DNA from: an uncultured Chloroflexia bacterium | GTDB taxonomy: Bacteria; Chloroflexota; Limnocylindria; Limnocylindrales; CSP1-4 | NCBI GenBank assembly: GCA_963779375.1 | Contig: CAVZXW010000013.1 | Coordinates: 273 to 64,272, forward strand | Direction: 5' to 3' | DNA: 64,000 nt | Shown: positions 14,899-26,008 of the stretch, in pieces | Layout of the letters: every line of letters starts with the position of its first letter | How positions within the stretch are numbered: position 1 is the first letter of the stretch | Position numbers and translations under genes: made by a program | The notes under the pieces: generated by a model | Told to the model about the DNA's origin: nothing | The model's database searches: none | What the model saw: the letters and a program-made list of their open reading frames with translations, nothing else

Positions 14899-15509
14899 TG
14901 GCAATCGGACTCATCGGCCGCAAGGCCGGCATGACCCAGATCTTCGTCGAGGACGGGACCATGGTCGCCGTCTCGGTGCTCGTGGTCGAGCCCAACACGG
15001 TGACGCGCCTCCGCACGCCCGAACGCGACGGGTACTCCGCCGTGCAGCTGGGCACGGGCACGGCCCGGCGCCTGACCAAGCCGCGCCTCGGGCAGCTCCG
15101 CGATCTGCCGCGCGTCCGCCACACCCGCGAGTTCCGCGTGGAAGCGGTCGACGAGTACGCGGTGGGCCAGGAGATGCGCGTCGACGAGATGTTCGCCGCC
15201 GGCGACATCGTGGACGTCACGGGCGTGAGCAAGGGCAAGGGCTTCTCGGGCACCATCAAGCGCCATCACTACCGGCGCGGCCCGGAGACGCACGGCTCCG
15301 ACTCGCACCGCCAGCCGGGCTCGGTCGGCGCCGGCACCACGCCGGGCCGCGTGTACCGGGGCCTCGGGATGGCCGGTCACCTGGGCACCGACCGCGTCAC
15401 GATCAAGAAGCTGACCGTCGTGCGGACGGATCCGGAGCGCAACCTCCTGCTCGTCAAGGGTTCGGTGCCGGGGGCGCCCAACGCGCTCGTCATGGTCAGG
15501 AAGGCGTAG
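14895..15509 (+). CDS. rplC: 50S ribosomal protein L3
   Basis: 204-aa ORF. Motifs: [24 protein letters not shown]. Confidence 0.95.
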   Translation: MMAIGLIGRKAGMTQIFVEDGTMVAVSVLVVEPNTVTRLRTPERDGYSAVQLGTGTARRLTKPRLGQLRDLPRVRHTREFRVEAVDEYAVGQEMRVDEMFAAGDIVDVTGVSKGKGFSGTIKRHHYRRGPETHGSDSHRQPGSVGAGTTPGRVYRGLGMAGHLGTDRVTIKKLTVVRTDPERNLLLVKGSVPGAPNALVMVRKA

Positions 15510-15513
15510 CGCG

Positions 15514-16138
15514 ATGGCCCAGATCACCCTGTTCCGCAAGACCGGCGAGGAGGCCGGCACGGTCGAGTTGCCGGACGAGTTGTTCGCGGCCCCTGTGAAC
15601 GCCGCCGTGATGCACCAGGCGGTCATCGCGCAACTGGCCGGCCGCCGGCTGGGCACGCACGACACGAAGACGCGTGGCGAGGTCGCCGGCGGCGGCAAGA
15701 AGCCGTATCGCCAGAAGGGCACCGGCCGCGCCCGGCAGGGCTCTCGCCGCGCCCCGCATTTCACCGGCGGCGGCGTGGTGTTCGGCCCGCACCCGCGGAG
15801 CTACGAGCAGCGGCTTCCCCGCAAGATGAAGCGCCTCGCGCTGCGCGGCGCGCTGACCGCCAAGTTCGGCGACGGCGCGGTGCGCGTCGTGGAGGACCTG
15901 GCGATGGACGCGATCAGGACCCGCGAACTCGTGGGGTACCTGGGCGCCCTCGAACGTCGCCGGCCGCGTGCTGGTGGTCGCCCCCGGGCGGGATCAGCGG
16001 CTCACGCTCTCCGCGCGGAACCTGCCCGACGTCGAGGTGATCCTGGCCGACTCCCTCAACGTCGTCGACGTCCTCAAGGCGGACGTCCTGCTCATCGAGC
16101 AGCCGGCCATCGCGACGCTGTCGGAGGTGTATGCATGA
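15514..16138 (+). CDS. rplD: 50S ribosomal protein L4 (one frameshift near ~15950 in this sequence)
   Basis: The N-terminal part is in the frame of ORF 15514 ([26 protein letters not shown]). After ~15950 the true frame reads [61 protein letters not shown] and stops at TGA 16136-16138. Confidence 0.9.
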
Positions 16139-16437
16139 CGCTGCAGAGCGCCGAGGTGATCCTCCGGCCGGTGATCAGCGAGAAGTCGATGGACCTCACG
16201 CAGCGGAACAAGTACACGTTCCGCGTGCACGAGGACGCCAACAAGTTCCAGATCAAGCGCGCGGTCGAGGAGCTCTTCAAGGTCACCGTCCTGACGGTCA
16301 ACGTCTCGACGACGAAGGCCAAGGAGAAGCGACGCGGGACGAAGCGCGGGCGGATCACGGGCCTCACCAGCCCCTGGCGCAAGGCCGTGGTCACGGTCTC
16401 CGCCAGCGACAAGATCGAGTTCTTCGAGGGGGTCTAG
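16135..16437 (+). CDS. rplW: 50S ribosomal protein L23
   Basis: ATG 16135 overlaps the rplD stop. Sequence: [21 protein letters not shown]...YTFRVHEDANKFQIKRAVEELFKV. Confidence 0.93.
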   Translation: MTLQSAEVILRPVISEKSMDLTQRNKYTFRVHEDANKFQIKRAVEELFKVTVLTVNVSTTKAKEKRRGTKRGRITGLTSPWRKAVVTVSASDKIEFFEGV

Positions 16438-16440
16438 GCG

Positions 16441-17271
16441 ATGCCGCTGCGAAGCTACAAGCCGACCTCCGCCGGCCGGCGGTTCATGACCCGCTCGACG
16501 TTCGCCGAGGTCACGACCGACGAGCCCTACAAGCCCCTCCTCGAGCCGCAGAAGCGCGGCAGCGGGCGGAACAACCAGGGGCGCCTCACCGTCCGACATC
16601 GCGGCGGCGGCGAGAAGCAGCACTACCGCCGGATCGACTTCAAGCGGGACAAGGTGGGCGTTCCCGCCCGGCTCGCGACGATCGAGTACGACCCGAACCG
16701 GTCCGCCAGGATCGGGCTGCTGCATTACCGGGACGGCGAGAAGCGCTACATCCTGGTCCCCAACGGGCTGCGGGTGGGCGACGTGGTGGTGAGCGGCCCC
16801 GGCGTCGAGGCGCGCGTGGGCAATGCCCTGCCGCTGGCCGACATCCCCCTCGGCACGACGATCCACAACATCGAGCTGGTGCCCGGCAAGGGCGGCCAGA
16901 TCGTGCGGTCGGCGGGCGCGTCGGCGCAGCTCCTGGCCAAGGAAGGCGAATGGGGCACCGTCCGGCTCCCCTCGGGCGAGATGCGTCGCGTGCCGCTGAA
17001 GTGCGTGGCGACCATCGGCCAGGTCGGGAACCTCGATCACGAGAACCAGAGCCTGGGCAAGGCCGGCCGTGCCCGCCACATGGGACAGCGCCCGGAAGTC
17101 CGCGGCGTGGTCATGAACCCGCGCGACCATCCGCACGGCGGCGGCGAGGGCAAGTCGCCCACCGGCATGCCGCCCAAGACGCCATGGGGCAAGCCGGCCA
17201 TGGGCCTGCGAACCCGCCGCAACAAGACCACGGGACGCCTGATCGTGCGCTCCCGGCATCGCAAGAGCTAG
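16441..17271 (+). CDS. rplB: 50S ribosomal protein L2
   Basis: 276-aa ORF. Motifs: [40 protein letters not shown]. Confidence 0.97.
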   Translation: MPLRSYKPTSAGRRFMTRSTFAEVTTDEPYKPLLEPQKRGSGRNNQGRLTVRHRGGGEKQHYRRIDFKRDKVGVPARLATIEYDPNRSARIGLLHYRDGEKRYILVPNGLRVGDVVVSGPGVEARVGNALPLADIPLGTTIHNIELVPGKGGQIVRSAGASAQLLAKEGEWGTVRLPSGEMRRVPLKCVATIGQVGNLDHENQSLGKAGRARHMGQRPEVRGVVMNPRDHPHGGGEGKSPTGMPPKTPWGKPAMGLRTRRNKTTGRLIVRSRHRKS

Positions 17272-17289
17272 GCCGAAAGGAGGTCGCTG

Positions 17290-17574
17290 ATGTCGCGGTC
17301 AGTCAAGAAGGGGCCGTTCGTAGAGACGCGTCTCCTCGGCCGCGTCCAGGAGATGAACCGGCGCAGCGAGAAGCGGGTCCTCAAGACCTGGTCCCGGGCG
17401 AGCGTCATCTTCCCGGACTTCGTGGGACACACGGTCGCCGTGTACAACGGGCGCAAGCACATCCCGGTGTACGTGAGCGAGAACATGGTCGGCCACCGGT
17501 TGGGCGAGTTCGCGCCGACGCGGACCTTCCGCGGGCACGGCAAGCACACCGAGCGCTCGACGGCGCTGAAGTAG
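17290..17574 (+). CDS. rpsS: 30S ribosomal protein S19
   Basis: 94-aa ORF. Motifs: [39 protein letters not shown]. Confidence 0.96.
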   Translation: MSRSVKKGPFVETRLLGRVQEMNRRSEKRVLKTWSRASVIFPDFVGHTVAVYNGRKHIPVYVSENMVGHRLGEFAPTRTFRGHGKHTERSTALK

Positions 17575-17583
17575 GAGCACGCC

Positions 17584-17922
17584 GTGCGAGTCGCCGCAAC
17601 CGCCAAGTACATCCGCCGCTCGACGCGCAAGACGCGTCTCGTCACCCAGGCGATCGTGGGTCGCCCGGTGGGGGAGGCGAGCGCCATCCTGCAGTTCATG
17701 CCGCAGGGCGCCGCGCGGGACGTCGCCAAGGTGCTCAAGAGCGCCGCGGCCAACGCCGAAAACAACCACCACCTCGCGCCCGATGACCTCGTGGTCGCCG
17801 AGGCGCGGGCCGACGAGGGTCCGACCATCAAGCGCTGGCAACCGCGCGCCCAGGGGCGCGCATTCCCCATTCACAAGCCGATGACGCACATCACCGTGGT
17901 CGTCGAAAGCAAGGAGGCATAA
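17584..17922 (+). CDS. rplV: 50S ribosomal protein L22
   Basis: 112-aa ORF. Motifs: AKYIRRSTRKTRLV, LKSAAANAENN, RWQPRAQGRAFPIHKPMTHI. Confidence 0.93.
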   Translation: MRVAATAKYIRRSTRKTRLVTQAIVGRPVGEASAILQFMPQGAARDVAKVLKSAAANAENNHHLAPDDLVVAEARADEGPTIKRWQPRAQGRAFPIHKPMTHITVVVESKEA

Positions 17923-17924
17923 GG

Positions 17925-18593
17925 TTGGGTCACAAGGTCCATCCGTACGGCTTCCGCATCGGCGTCTCGCGGGGCTGGACTGCGAACTGGTATGCGGACA
18001 AGGGTTACGCCGACCTCCTCAAGGAGGACTTCGCGATCCGCGACCTGATCGACAAGCGGCTCGCGAACGCGAGCGTCAGCCACGTCGAGATCGAGCGCGG
18101 GATCAATCACGTCACGGTCACGATCCACACGGCCAAGCCGGGCATCGTGATCGGGAAGGGTGGCGCCAACGTCGAGGCGCTCCGCCAGCAGATCGGCAAG
18201 ATCTCGAGCCGCAAGGTCAAGCTCGAGATCAAGGAGATCCGCCAGCCGGAGCTCGACGCGCAGCTCGTCGCCGCCAACATCGCGCAGCAGCTGAGCCGGC
18301 GCATCGCGTTCAAGAAGGCGATGAAGCAGTCGGTGCAGCGCACGATGAAGGCGGGAGCCAAGGGCGTCCGGATCGCCGTCGCGGGCCGCCTCGGCGGGGC
18401 CGAGATGGCGCGCCGCGAGTGGGAACGCGAGGGTCGCATCCCGCTCGGCACGCTCCGCGCGGACATCAGCTACGGGCAGGTTCATGCCCACACCACGTAC
18501 GGCCGGATCGGGGTCAAGGTCTGGGTCTACCGGGGCGACATCATCCCGGAGCGCCAGGCACCCCACGAGGCCGTGGCCACGACGGGGGCCTGA
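17925..18593 (+). CDS. rpsC: 30S ribosomal protein S3
   Basis: 222-aa ORF. Motifs: [32 protein letters not shown]. Confidence 0.96.
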   Translation: MGHKVHPYGFRIGVSRGWTANWYADKGYADLLKEDFAIRDLIDKRLANASVSHVEIERGINHVTVTIHTAKPGIVIGKGGANVEALRQQIGKISSRKVKLEIKEIRQPELDAQLVAANIAQQLSRRIAFKKAMKQSVQRTMKAGAKGVRIAVAGRLGGAEMARREWEREGRIPLGTLRADISYGQVHAHTTYGRIGVKVWVYRGDIIPERQAPHEAVATTGA

Positions 18594-18596
18594 GCG

Positions 18597-19025
18597 ATGC
18601 TGCTTCCCAAGCGAGTCAAGCATCGCCGGGTCATGCGCGGCCGCATGAGCGGCATGGCCAAGGGTGGGAGCACGATCGCGTTCGGCGAGTACGGGCTCAT
18701 GACCGAGGAGCCGGCCTGGATCACCAGCCGGCAGATCGAGGCCGCCCGGCGCGCCATGACACGGTCGGTCAAGCGCGGCGGCAAGGTGTGGATCCGCATC
18801 TTCCCCGACAAGCCGGTGACCAAGAAGCCGGCCGAGACCCGGATGGGCTCGGGCAAGGGAGCCCCCGACCACTGGGTCGCCGTGATCAAGCCGGGGAGGA
18901 TCCTGTTCGAACTGGCCGGCGTGCCGGTCGACGAGGCCGAGGAGGCCATGCGCCTGGCCGGCCACAAGCTGCCGATCAGCGTCAGGTTCGTGGTCAAGGA
19001 GGGCGTGGCCGATGGACATCGATGA
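18597..19025 (+). CDS. rplP: 50S ribosomal protein L16
   Basis: 142-aa ORF. Motifs: [47 protein letters not shown]. Confidence 0.96.
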   Translation: MLLPKRVKHRRVMRGRMSGMAKGGSTIAFGEYGLMTEEPAWITSRQIEAARRAMTRSVKRGGKVWIRIFPDKPVTKKPAETRMGSGKGAPDHWVAVIKPGRILFELAGVPVDEAEEAMRLAGHKLPISVRFVVKEGVADGHR

Positions 19026-19227
19026 GGTCCGGGCCCTCACGGACGGCGAGCTGGACGCCGAACTCACGGCGGCACGCCGGAACCTGTACGACCTGCGGTT
19101 CCAGCTGGCCACCCGCCAGTTGAACGACTACAACCAGATCAGGAACACGCGCAAGCGGATCGCCCGGATCCTCACCGTGCAGACCGAGCGGCGTCTCGGG
19201 CTTGCGGTGGCGGAGGTGGTGCGATGA
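19012..19227 (+). CDS. rpmC: 50S ribosomal protein L29
   Basis: 71-aa [28 protein letters not shown] plus position between rplP and rpsQ. Confidence 0.88.
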   Translation: MDIDEVRALTDGELDAELTAARRNLYDLRFQLATRQLNDYNQIRNTRKRIARILTVQTERRLGLAVAEVVR

Positions 19228-19601
19228 GCGGAGTGAAGGTGGATCGGCAGCGGAAGACCAAGGTCGGGCGGGTCGTCTCCGACAAGATGGACAAGACGAT
19301 CGTGGTCTCCGTGGAGCGCCTCTCCCGCCACCCGCTGTACAAGCGCGTCGTCCGCCTCACGACCAAGTTCAAGGCCCACGACGAGCGCAACGAGGCGCGC
19401 ATCGGCGACACGGTGCGGATCGAGGAATCGCGGCCGATGAGCGCGACCAAGCGCTGGCGCCTGGTCGAGATCGTCCAGCGGGCGACCGACGGCATGGGCG
19501 ACCAGATGGTCGCCGAGGAGGCGTCCACGCAGGAGGCCATCCACGCGTCGGCCCACCCGGGCCGGCATGAGGAGACGCCCTCTGGAGGGGCGGCCGCATG
19601 A
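19224..19601 (+). CDS. rpsQ: 30S ribosomal protein S17 with a ~40-aa C-terminal extension
   Basis: Motifs: [57 protein letters not shown]. The extra tail is [39 protein letters not shown]. Confidence 0.92.
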   Translation: MSGVKVDRQRKTKVGRVVSDKMDKTIVVSVERLSRHPLYKRVVRLTTKFKAHDERNEARIGDTVRIEESRPMSATKRWRLVEIVQRATDGMGDQMVAEEASTQEAIHASAHPGRHEETPSGGAAA

Positions 19602-19966
19602 TCCAGCAGTACAGCAGGCTCCGCGTCGCCGACAACACGGGTGCACGGACGATCCAGTGCATCCGCATCATGGGTCGCTCGCAGAAGACCACCGCCGAGG
19701 TCGGCGACGTGATCATCGCCAGCGTCAAGCAGGCGATCCCGAACGCCGCCGTCAAGAAGGGCGACGTCGTCCGGGCGGTCGTGGTGCGCACGGCCAAGGA
19801 GTACGGGCGGCCCGACGGCAGCTACATCCGCTTCGACGAGAACGCGGCGGTGCTGATCAACAACCAGGGCAACCCGCGCGGCACGCGCATCTTCGGCCCG
19901 GTGGCGCGCGAGCTGCGGGACCGGAACTACATGAAGATCGTGTCGCTCGCCCCGGAGGTGCTCTGA
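19598..19966 (+). CDS. rplN: 50S ribosomal protein L14
   Basis: 122-aa ORF. Motifs: [47 protein letters not shown]. Confidence 0.97.
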   Translation: MIQQYSRLRVADNTGARTIQCIRIMGRSQKTTAEVGDVIIASVKQAIPNAAVKKGDVVRAVVVRTAKEYGRPDGSYIRFDENAAVLINNQGNPRGTRIFGPVARELRDRNYMKIVSLAPEVL

Positions 19967-19967
19967 G

Positions 19968-20351
19968 ATGCCGGGCGAGGTCGTGAAGCACGCCACGAAA
20001 GTGCCCGAGATCCGCAAGGGGGACCAGGTGGTCGTCCTGACCGGCAAGGACGCGGGCAAGCACGGTACGGTCGACCGCGTCGTGCGGCCTGACCGCGTGA
20101 TCGTCATGGGGGTCAACGTCGCCAAGCGGCACACCAAGCCGCGCACCATCCAGGGCCGGACCGAATCGGCGCCGCAGATCCAGCAGGGCGGCATCCTGGA
20201 CAAGACGATGCCGTTGCGGATCAGCAACGTCATGGTCGTCTGCCCCTCGTGCGGGCAGCCCACCCGCGTCAGGCACGCCGCCCTTGCCACCGGCAAGAGC
20301 GTCCGCGTCTGCGTCCGGTGCGGCGAGCCGCTCGGGCGCGAGGTGAAGTGA
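19968..20351 (+). CDS. rplX: 50S ribosomal protein L24 (variant with a CxxC...CxxC segment)
   Basis: KOW motif [22 protein letters not shown]-terminal segment [11 protein letters not shown]...RVCVRCGE. Confidence 0.9.
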   Translation: MPGEVVKHATKVPEIRKGDQVVVLTGKDAGKHGTVDRVVRPDRVIVMGVNVAKRHTKPRTIQGRTESAPQIQQGGILDKTMPLRISNVMVVCPSCGQPTRVRHAALATGKSVRVCVRCGEPLGREVK

Positions 20352-20890
20352 TGGGCGAGTTGAAGCAGCGCTACCACGACGACGTCGTGCCGGCTCTCCA
20401 GAAGGAGTTCTCCTACGCGAACCCGATGCAGGTGCCGCGCGTGGAGAAGGTCGTCGTGAACATCGGCCTGGGCGAGGCGCTGTCGAACGCGAAGGCGCTC
20501 GACGCGGCCGTGGGCGATCTCACGGCGATCACCGGACAGAAGCCGATCGTCACCAAGGCGAAGCGCTCGATCGCGCAGTTCCGGCTCCGGACGGGCAACT
20601 CCATCGGCGCCAAGGTCACGCTGCGCGGCGAGCGCATGTGGGACTTCCTCGAGCGGCTGACGCAGCTCGCGCTGCCACGCATCCGCGACTTCCACGGCGT
20701 CCCGTCGCGCTCGTTCGACGGGCGCGGCAACTACTCGCTGGGGCTGCGCGAGCAGCTCGCGTTCCCCGAGATCGACTACGACAGGGTGGACCGTCTGCGC
20801 GGGCTCGAGGTGAGCATCGTGACGACGGCGAAGACCGACGAGGAATCGAAGAAGCTACTCGAGCTCCTCGGCATGCCCTTCGCCGGCTAG
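20351..20890 (+). CDS. rplE: 50S ribosomal protein L5
   Basis: ATG 20351 overlaps the rplX stop. Motifs: [60 protein letters not shown]. Confidence 0.96.
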   Translation: MGELKQRYHDDVVPALQKEFSYANPMQVPRVEKVVVNIGLGEALSNAKALDAAVGDLTAITGQKPIVTKAKRSIAQFRLRTGNSIGAKVTLRGERMWDFLERLTQLALPRIRDFHGVPSRSFDGRGNYSLGLREQLAFPEIDYDRVDRLRGLEVSIVTTAKTDEESKKLLELLGMPFAG

Positions 20891-20910
20891 CGGCGCGGGA
20901 GGGACCACGA

Positions 20911-21096
20911 ATGGCCAAGAAGTCCATGATCGCGAAGGCGAGCCGCCCGAACCGGTTCAAGGTCCGGGAGAAGCATCGCTGCTCCGTGTGCGGACGTCCG
21001 CGCGGATACATGCGACGCTTCGCGCTCTGCCGCATCTGCTTCCGGGAGCGGGCGCTCCAGGGGATGCTCCCCGGCGTGACGAAGTCGAGCTGGTGA
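20911..21096 (+). CDS. rpsN: 30S ribosomal protein S14, short zinc-binding (type Z) form
   Basis: 61 aa: [61 protein letters not shown]. Confidence 0.93.
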   Translation: MAKKSMIAKASRPNRFKVREKHRCSVCGRPRGYMRRFALCRICFRERALQGMLPGVTKSSW

Positions 21097-21100
21097 TCCG

Positions 21101-21499
21101 ATGAACATCTCCGACCCGATTGCCGACATGCTCACGCGAATCCGCAACGCCAGCCGCGCGCGGCACCCGCAGGTGCTCGTGCCGGCGTCGCGGACGAAGC
21201 GCGAGATCGCCCGCATCCTCAAGGACGAGGGGTTCATCGCCGAGTTCGACGAGACGCGCGACGGCCCGCGGACCATGCTGCGCATCACCCTCCGCTACGT
21301 CGGCGGCAAGGCGCCCGTCGTCTCCGGACTCAAGCGGATCAGCAAGCCCGGTCTCCGCGTCTACGCGGGCAAGACCGACATCCCGCGCGTCCTCGGCGGC
21401 CTCGGAATCGTCATCGTCAGCACCAGCCAGGGCATCATGACCGGAGCGCAGGCCCGCAAGGCCCAGCTCGGCGGTGAAGTCCTGGCGTACGTCTGGTAG
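21101..21499 (+). CDS. rpsH: 30S ribosomal protein S8
   Basis: 132-aa ORF. Motifs: [38 protein letters not shown]. Confidence 0.96.
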   Translation: MNISDPIADMLTRIRNASRARHPQVLVPASRTKREIARILKDEGFIAEFDETRDGPRTMLRITLRYVGGKAPVVSGLKRISKPGLRVYAGKTDIPRVLGGLGIVIVSTSQGIMTGAQARKAQLGGEVLAYVW

Positions 21500-21505
21500 G
21501 CCGCC

Positions 21506-22057
21506 ATGTCACGCATCGGACGACTCCCCATCCCCGTCCCGCCGGGCGTCGAGGTGACCATCGACGGGTCCTCGATCACCGTCAAGGGCCCGCGCGGGGA
21601 GCTCCACCGCGACCTCACGCCCGAGCTGAACGTCGTCCGGGAGGACGGCGTGCTGCGCGTGGAGCGGCCCAAGGATGACAAGCGCTCGCGAGAGCTTCAC
21701 GGGCTCACCCGCACGCTCGTCGCGAACATGGTGGCCGGCGTCACGACCGGTTACCGGAAGCCGCTCGAGATCACCGGCGTCGGATACCGGGCGCAGAAGG
21801 TGGGCGAGCGGCTGCAGCTCAGCCTGGGCTACAGCCATCCCATCGAGATCGACCCGCCCGCCGGCATCGCGTTCGAGGTTGACACCCCGACCCGTCTCGC
21901 CGTGGTCGGCATCGACAAGGAGCTGGTCGGCCAGGTGGCCGCCCGGGTCCGCGCGACCCGCAAGCCGGAACCCTACAAGGGCAAGGGCGTGCGCTACGCC
22001 GGCGAGAAGATCCGCCGCAAGGCCGGCAAGGCCGGCAAGATCGGCGCCAAGAAGTGA
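21506..22057 (+). CDS. rplF: 50S ribosomal protein L6
   Basis: 183-aa ORF. Motifs: [43 protein letters not shown]. Confidence 0.96.
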   Translation: MSRIGRLPIPVPPGVEVTIDGSSITVKGPRGELHRDLTPELNVVREDGVLRVERPKDDKRSRELHGLTRTLVANMVAGVTTGYRKPLEITGVGYRAQKVGERLQLSLGYSHPIEIDPPAGIAFEVDTPTRLAVVGIDKELVGQVAARVRATRKPEPYKGKGVRYAGEKIRRKAGKAGKIGAKK

Positions 22058-22111
22058 TCGACGGCGGGCCCGGCGAGGGCCCGCGACATCCGTAGGAGTA
22101 CGACGACCGAC

Positions 22112-22474
22112 ATGGCCCAGGCACTTTCCCGGAGCGCCGCTCGCCAGAAGCGCCACGAGCGGATCCGTCTCACCACGCGGGGGACGGAGGCGCGGCCGCG
22201 CCTGGCCGTCTTCCGCAGCATCGACCAGATCTATGCGCAGGTCATCGACGACACCACCGGCCGGACGCTGGCCGCGGCGTCGTCGCTCGAGCGCGAACTC
22301 CGCTCACTCGAGATCACCAAGACCGAACGCGCACGAACCGTTGGTCGCCTGGTCGCCGAGCGGGCGAAGGCGGCCGGCGTGGACTGCGTGGTCTTCGACC
22401 GGGCGGGCTTTCGCTATCACGGACGCGTGAAGTCACTCGCCGACGCGGCCCGCGAAGCGGGTCTCGACTTCTAG
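22112..22474 (+). CDS. rplR: 50S ribosomal protein L18
   Basis: 120-aa ORF. Motifs: [52 protein letters not shown]. Confidence 0.95.
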   Translation: MAQALSRSAARQKRHERIRLTTRGTEARPRLAVFRSIDQIYAQVIDDTTGRTLAAASSLERELRSLEITKTERARTVGRLVAERAKAAGVDCVVFDRAGFRYHGRVKSLADAAREAGLDF

Positions 22475-22493
22475 GGACTGAAAGGAGCCACCG

Positions 22494-23030
22494 TTGGCGA
22501 GGATCGACCCAGCCAGGCTGACGCTCGAGGAACGCGTCGTCCAGATCAACCGCGTCGCCAAGGTCGTGAAGGGCGGGCGGCGCTTCAGCTTCAGCGCGGT
22601 CGTGGTCGTCGGTGACGGCGCGGGCCACGTGGGCGTCGGTCTCGGCAAGGCCGGCGAGGTTCCCGAAGCGATCCGCAAGGGCGTCGAGGACGCGAAGAAG
22701 CATCTCATCCGCGTGCCGCTCGTCGGCACGACCATCCCGCATGCCGTCACGGTCCGGTTCGGCGCCAGCAACGTGATGCTCCGCCCGGCGTCGCAGGGGA
22801 CCGGCGTCATCGCCGGCGGCTCCGTGCGGGCCGTGGTGGAATCCGCGGGCATCCGCGACATCCTGTCCAAGTCGATGGGATCCACGAACCCCGTCAACGT
22901 GACCCGCGCCGCCCTCGAGGCCCTTCGAAGCCTCCACAGTGCGGAGGAGCTGTCGGCCCAGCGTGGCGTGCCGCTGCGGAGCTTCATCAGCGGTCAGCCG
23001 ACCGTGGAGGTGGCCGGCGATGCCCGGTAA
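22494..23030 (+). CDS. rpsE: 30S ribosomal protein S5
   Basis: 178-aa ORF. Motifs: [55 protein letters not shown]. Confidence 0.96.
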   Translation: MARIDPARLTLEERVVQINRVAKVVKGGRRFSFSAVVVVGDGAGHVGVGLGKAGEVPEAIRKGVEDAKKHLIRVPLVGTTIPHAVTVRFGASNVMLRPASQGTGVIAGGSVRAVVESAGIRDILSKSMGSTNPVNVTRAALEALRSLHSAEELSAQRGVPLRSFISGQPTVEVAGDAR

Positions 23031-23400
23031 GCTGCGCGTCCGGCTCCGCAAGAGCCCCATCAGCTACACGGCCAAGGCGCACGGTACCGTCCGCGCGCTG
23101 GGCCTCCACCGGCTGCACGAGACGGTCGAGGTACCGGACAACCCGGCCACCCGCGGCATGGTGCGCGCGGTCCGGTTCCTCGTCGACTTCGAGGCCGTGC
23201 CCGAGGCGCTGCCGGCGCGTGCCCCACGCCGCCGCTCAGCGGCTCCGGCGCCAGCCGCGGCTTCGTCCGCCAGTGCCGGCAAGGCGGCTCCGTCCGCCAG
23301 CGCCGGCAAGCCGGCCGCAGGCGCCGTCGAGTCCGCCCACGGCGACGCGACGCCAGCCGAGACGAACGAGGGGCCCGCCCCCGAGGAGGAACGGGCATGA
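23020..23400 (+). CDS. rpmD: 50S ribosomal protein L30 with a ~65-aa Ala/Pro/Ser-rich C-terminal extension
   Basis: ATG 23020 overlaps the rpsE 3' end. L30 core: [52 protein letters not shown]. It is followed by ...[36 protein letters not shown]...EEERA up to the rplO start. Confidence 0.85.
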   Translation: MPGKLRVRLRKSPISYTAKAHGTVRALGLHRLHETVEVPDNPATRGMVRAVRFLVDFEAVPEALPARAPRRRSAAPAPAAASSASAGKAAPSASAGKPAAGAVESAHGDATPAETNEGPAPEEERA

Positions 23401-24053
23401 AACTGCACGACCTGCGCCCCGCGGACGGGTCCCACACCGCGCGGACCCGCGTCGGTCGCGGGATCGCCGCCGGCAAGGGCAAGACGGCCGGCCGCGGCAC
23501 GAAGGGTCAGAAGTCCCGCGCCGGCAGTTCGATCCCGGCCTGGTTCGAGGGCGGCCAGACCCCGGCCTCGCAGCGCATCCCGAAGCTCCGTGGCTTCAAG
23601 CGCCGCTTCCGGCTGGAGTACGCCGTCGTCAACGTGGGCCGCATCAACGAGGTCGCCGCGGCCGGTGGCTTCGGCGAGCCGGCGGCCAACGCACCCGTGG
23701 CAGTCAACCCGGACCTTCTGCTCGCCGCCGGACTGCTCGGATCGCTTCGCCAGCCGGTGAAGGTGCTCGGGCAGGGTGACGTCGACCGCCGGCTGTTCGT
23801 GGTCGCCGACGCGTTCACGAAGAGCGCGACGGCGAAGATCGAGGCTGCGGGCGGCACGGCCCAGGTCCTCGAGGTCCCCGACCAGCCGCTGCACGCGCTC
23901 GGGGTGGACACGCTCCAGACCGACGAAGAGCCGGCCCGGGTCATCGACGAGGCGGCCTCGTCGGCCGCGGCCGAATCGGACGCGCCGTCCGAACAGGAGT
24001 CGGACACGGCGTCCGACCCGGCGCAGGGGTCCGCGTCCCCGCAGGCGGAGTAG
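23397..24053 (+). CDS. rplO: 50S ribosomal protein L15 with an acidic ~65-aa C-terminal extension
   Basis: Motifs: [43 protein letters not shown]. The tail is ...TDEEPARVIDEAASSAAAESDAPSEQESDTASDPAQGSASPQAE. Confidence 0.93.
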   Translation: MKLHDLRPADGSHTARTRVGRGIAAGKGKTAGRGTKGQKSRAGSSIPAWFEGGQTPASQRIPKLRGFKRRFRLEYAVVNVGRINEVAAAGGFGEPAANAPVAVNPDLLLAAGLLGSLRQPVKVLGQGDVDRRLFVVADAFTKSATAKIEAAGGTAQVLEVPDQPLHALGVDTLQTDEEPARVIDEAASSAAAESDAPSEQESDTASDPAQGSASPQAE

Positions 24054-24056
24054 ACC

Positions 24057-25334
24057 GTGTTCGACGCCCTCATCAACGCGTTCCGCGCTCCGGACATCCG
24101 GCGACGCATCCTGTTCGTTCTCGGGATGCTGATCATCGTGCGCGCGCTGGCCCACGTCCCGGTGCCCGGCGTTAACCGCGAGGCGCTGAACACGCTCTTC
24201 CAGAACAACCAGCTGCTCGGCCTGCTCGACATCTTCTCGGGCGGCGGCCTGTCGTCGTTCTCCGTGATAGGCATGGGCGTCAACCCCTACATCAACGCCT
24301 CGATCATCATGACCCTGATGCAGGGCGTGATCCCGAGCCTCACGGCCCTGTCCCACGAGGGCGAGTACGGGCGCCAGAAGATCAACCAGTACACCCGGTA
24401 CCTGACGGTGCCGCTCGCGCTGATCCAGGGCTACGGGTTCCTCGCGATTCTCAACAGCCAGGGCGTCCTGACCAGCTTCGACCTGGCCAGCCTGATCACG
24501 GTCACGCAGATCATCTCGCTCACCGCGGGCACGGTGCTGCTGATGTGGCTCGGCGAACTGATCACCGAGAAGGGGATCGGGAACGGCGTCAGCTTCATCA
24601 TCTTCGCCGGCATCGTGGGACGCATCCCCCTCGCCGTCGGTCAGTTCCTCGAGGCGCCTGACTGGGCCGCGGGCATCGCGCTCGCGGTGGTCGGCCTGAT
24701 CGCGATCGCCGGCATCGTCTACATCCAGGAGGGCCAGCGGCGCATCCCGGTCCAGTACGCCAGCCGCGTGCGCGGTCGCCGGCTGTACCAGGGGGGCTCG
24801 ACGTTCCTGCCGCTCCGCGTCAACCAGGCGGGCGTCATCCCGATCATCTTCGCCGTCAGCATCATCCTGTTCCCCACGCAGATCGCCGCCTACTTCCAGT
24901 CATCCCAGGTCGCGATCGTGGCCGACGTGGCGAGGGGCATCCAGAGCCTCCTCGGTACCACGAGCCCGCTGTACGCGATCCTCTACTTCGCGCTCACGGT
25001 GGGCTTCACGTACTTCTACACCGCGTTCACCTTCAAACCCGACGACACCGCGGACCAGCTCCGCAAGAACGGCGGATTCATACCCGGGATCCGGCCCGGC
25101 AACCCGACGCGCGACTACTTGCAGGCCGTGGTGTTCCGGATCACCATCGCCGGCGCCCTCTTCCTGGGCATCGTGGCCGTCATGCCGTTCGTCCTCGGGC
25201 AGGCGTTCCCCAGCCTGCAGGGGATCGCCCTCGGCGGCACGGCCCTGCTCATCGTGGTCTCGGTGGTGGTCGAGACGATGAAGCAGGTCGAGGCGCAGCT
25301 GATGATGCGCAACTACGAGGGCTTCATCCGGTGA
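24057..25334 (+). CDS. secY: Preprotein translocase subunit SecY
   Basis: 425-aa intact multi-TM ORF. Motifs: IRRRILFVLGMLIIVR, GMGVNPYINASIIM, GELITEKGIGNGVS, IPGIRPG. Confidence 0.97.
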   Translation: MFDALINAFRAPDIRRRILFVLGMLIIVRALAHVPVPGVNREALNTLFQNNQLLGLLDIFSGGGLSSFSVIGMGVNPYINASIIMTLMQGVIPSLTALSHEGEYGRQKINQYTRYLTVPLALIQGYGFLAILNSQGVLTSFDLASLITVTQIISLTAGTVLLMWLGELITEKGIGNGVSFIIFAGIVGRIPLAVGQFLEAPDWAAGIALAVVGLIAIAGIVYIQEGQRRIPVQYASRVRGRRLYQGGSTFLPLRVNQAGVIPIIFAVSIILFPTQIAAYFQSSQVAIVADVARGIQSLLGTTSPLYAILYFALTVGFTYFYTAFTFKPDDTADQLRKNGGFIPGIRPGNPTRDYLQAVVFRITIAGALFLGIVAVMPFVLGQAFPSLQGIALGGTALLIVVSVVVETMKQVEAQLMMRNYEGFIR

Positions 25335-26008
25335 AGGTCTACGTCATGATCGGCGCCCCCGGCGCCGGCAAGGGCACGCAGGCCGCCATCCTCGGGGAGC
25401 GCCTGGGGTTCCTGCACGTGGCCTCCGGCGACCTGTTCCGCGAGGCCGTCCGGACCGACTCGCGGCTGGGCCGCGAGGCCAAGCGCTACATGGACCGGGG
25501 AGCCCTGGTGCCGGACCCGATCGTGATCGGCATGATCGAGGAGCGGCTGGACAGGCCGGACGCCACCGTCGGCGTCATCCTCGACGGGTTCCCCCGGACC
25601 CGGCCGCAGGCCGAGGCCCTGGACGTGGCGCTCGCCCGCCGGGGCACGCGCGTGGACGCGGCACTCTACGTTGGCGTGCCGGAGGAGGAGCTCGTCCGCC
25701 GGCTCTCCGGGCGGTGGCTGTGCCGCGCGGCCGGCCATCCGTACCACGCCGTCAGCCGGCCCCCCGCGGTGGCCGGCGTCTGCGATGTCGACGGATCGGA
25801 GCTGTACCAGCGGGACGACGATCGGCCGGACACGGTCGCGGCGCGCCTCGAGCAGCAGCTGCCCCCGATGTACGACGTGATCGACCACTACACCACGCTG
25901 GGCGTCCTGGTCGCCGTCGACGGCACACAGTCGATCGAGGCGGTCACCGACGCGCTCCTGCGTGCGATCGCGCACCCGGCCAGGCCCGGACGCAGCGAGG
26001 CGGCATGA
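25331..26008 (+). CDS. adk: Adenylate kinase
   Basis: Motifs: IGAPGAGKGTQA, SGDLFREAV, ILDGFPRT. The lid region lacks the Cys4 zinc motif. Confidence 0.95.
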   Translation: MKVYVMIGAPGAGKGTQAAILGERLGFLHVASGDLFREAVRTDSRLGREAKRYMDRGALVPDPIVIGMIEERLDRPDATVGVILDGFPRTRPQAEALDVALARRGTRVDAALYVGVPEEELVRRLSGRWLCRAAGHPYHAVSRPPAVAGVCDVDGSELYQRDDDRPDTVAARLEQQLPPMYDVIDHYTTLGVLVAVDGTQSIEAVTDALLRAIAHPARPGRSEAA

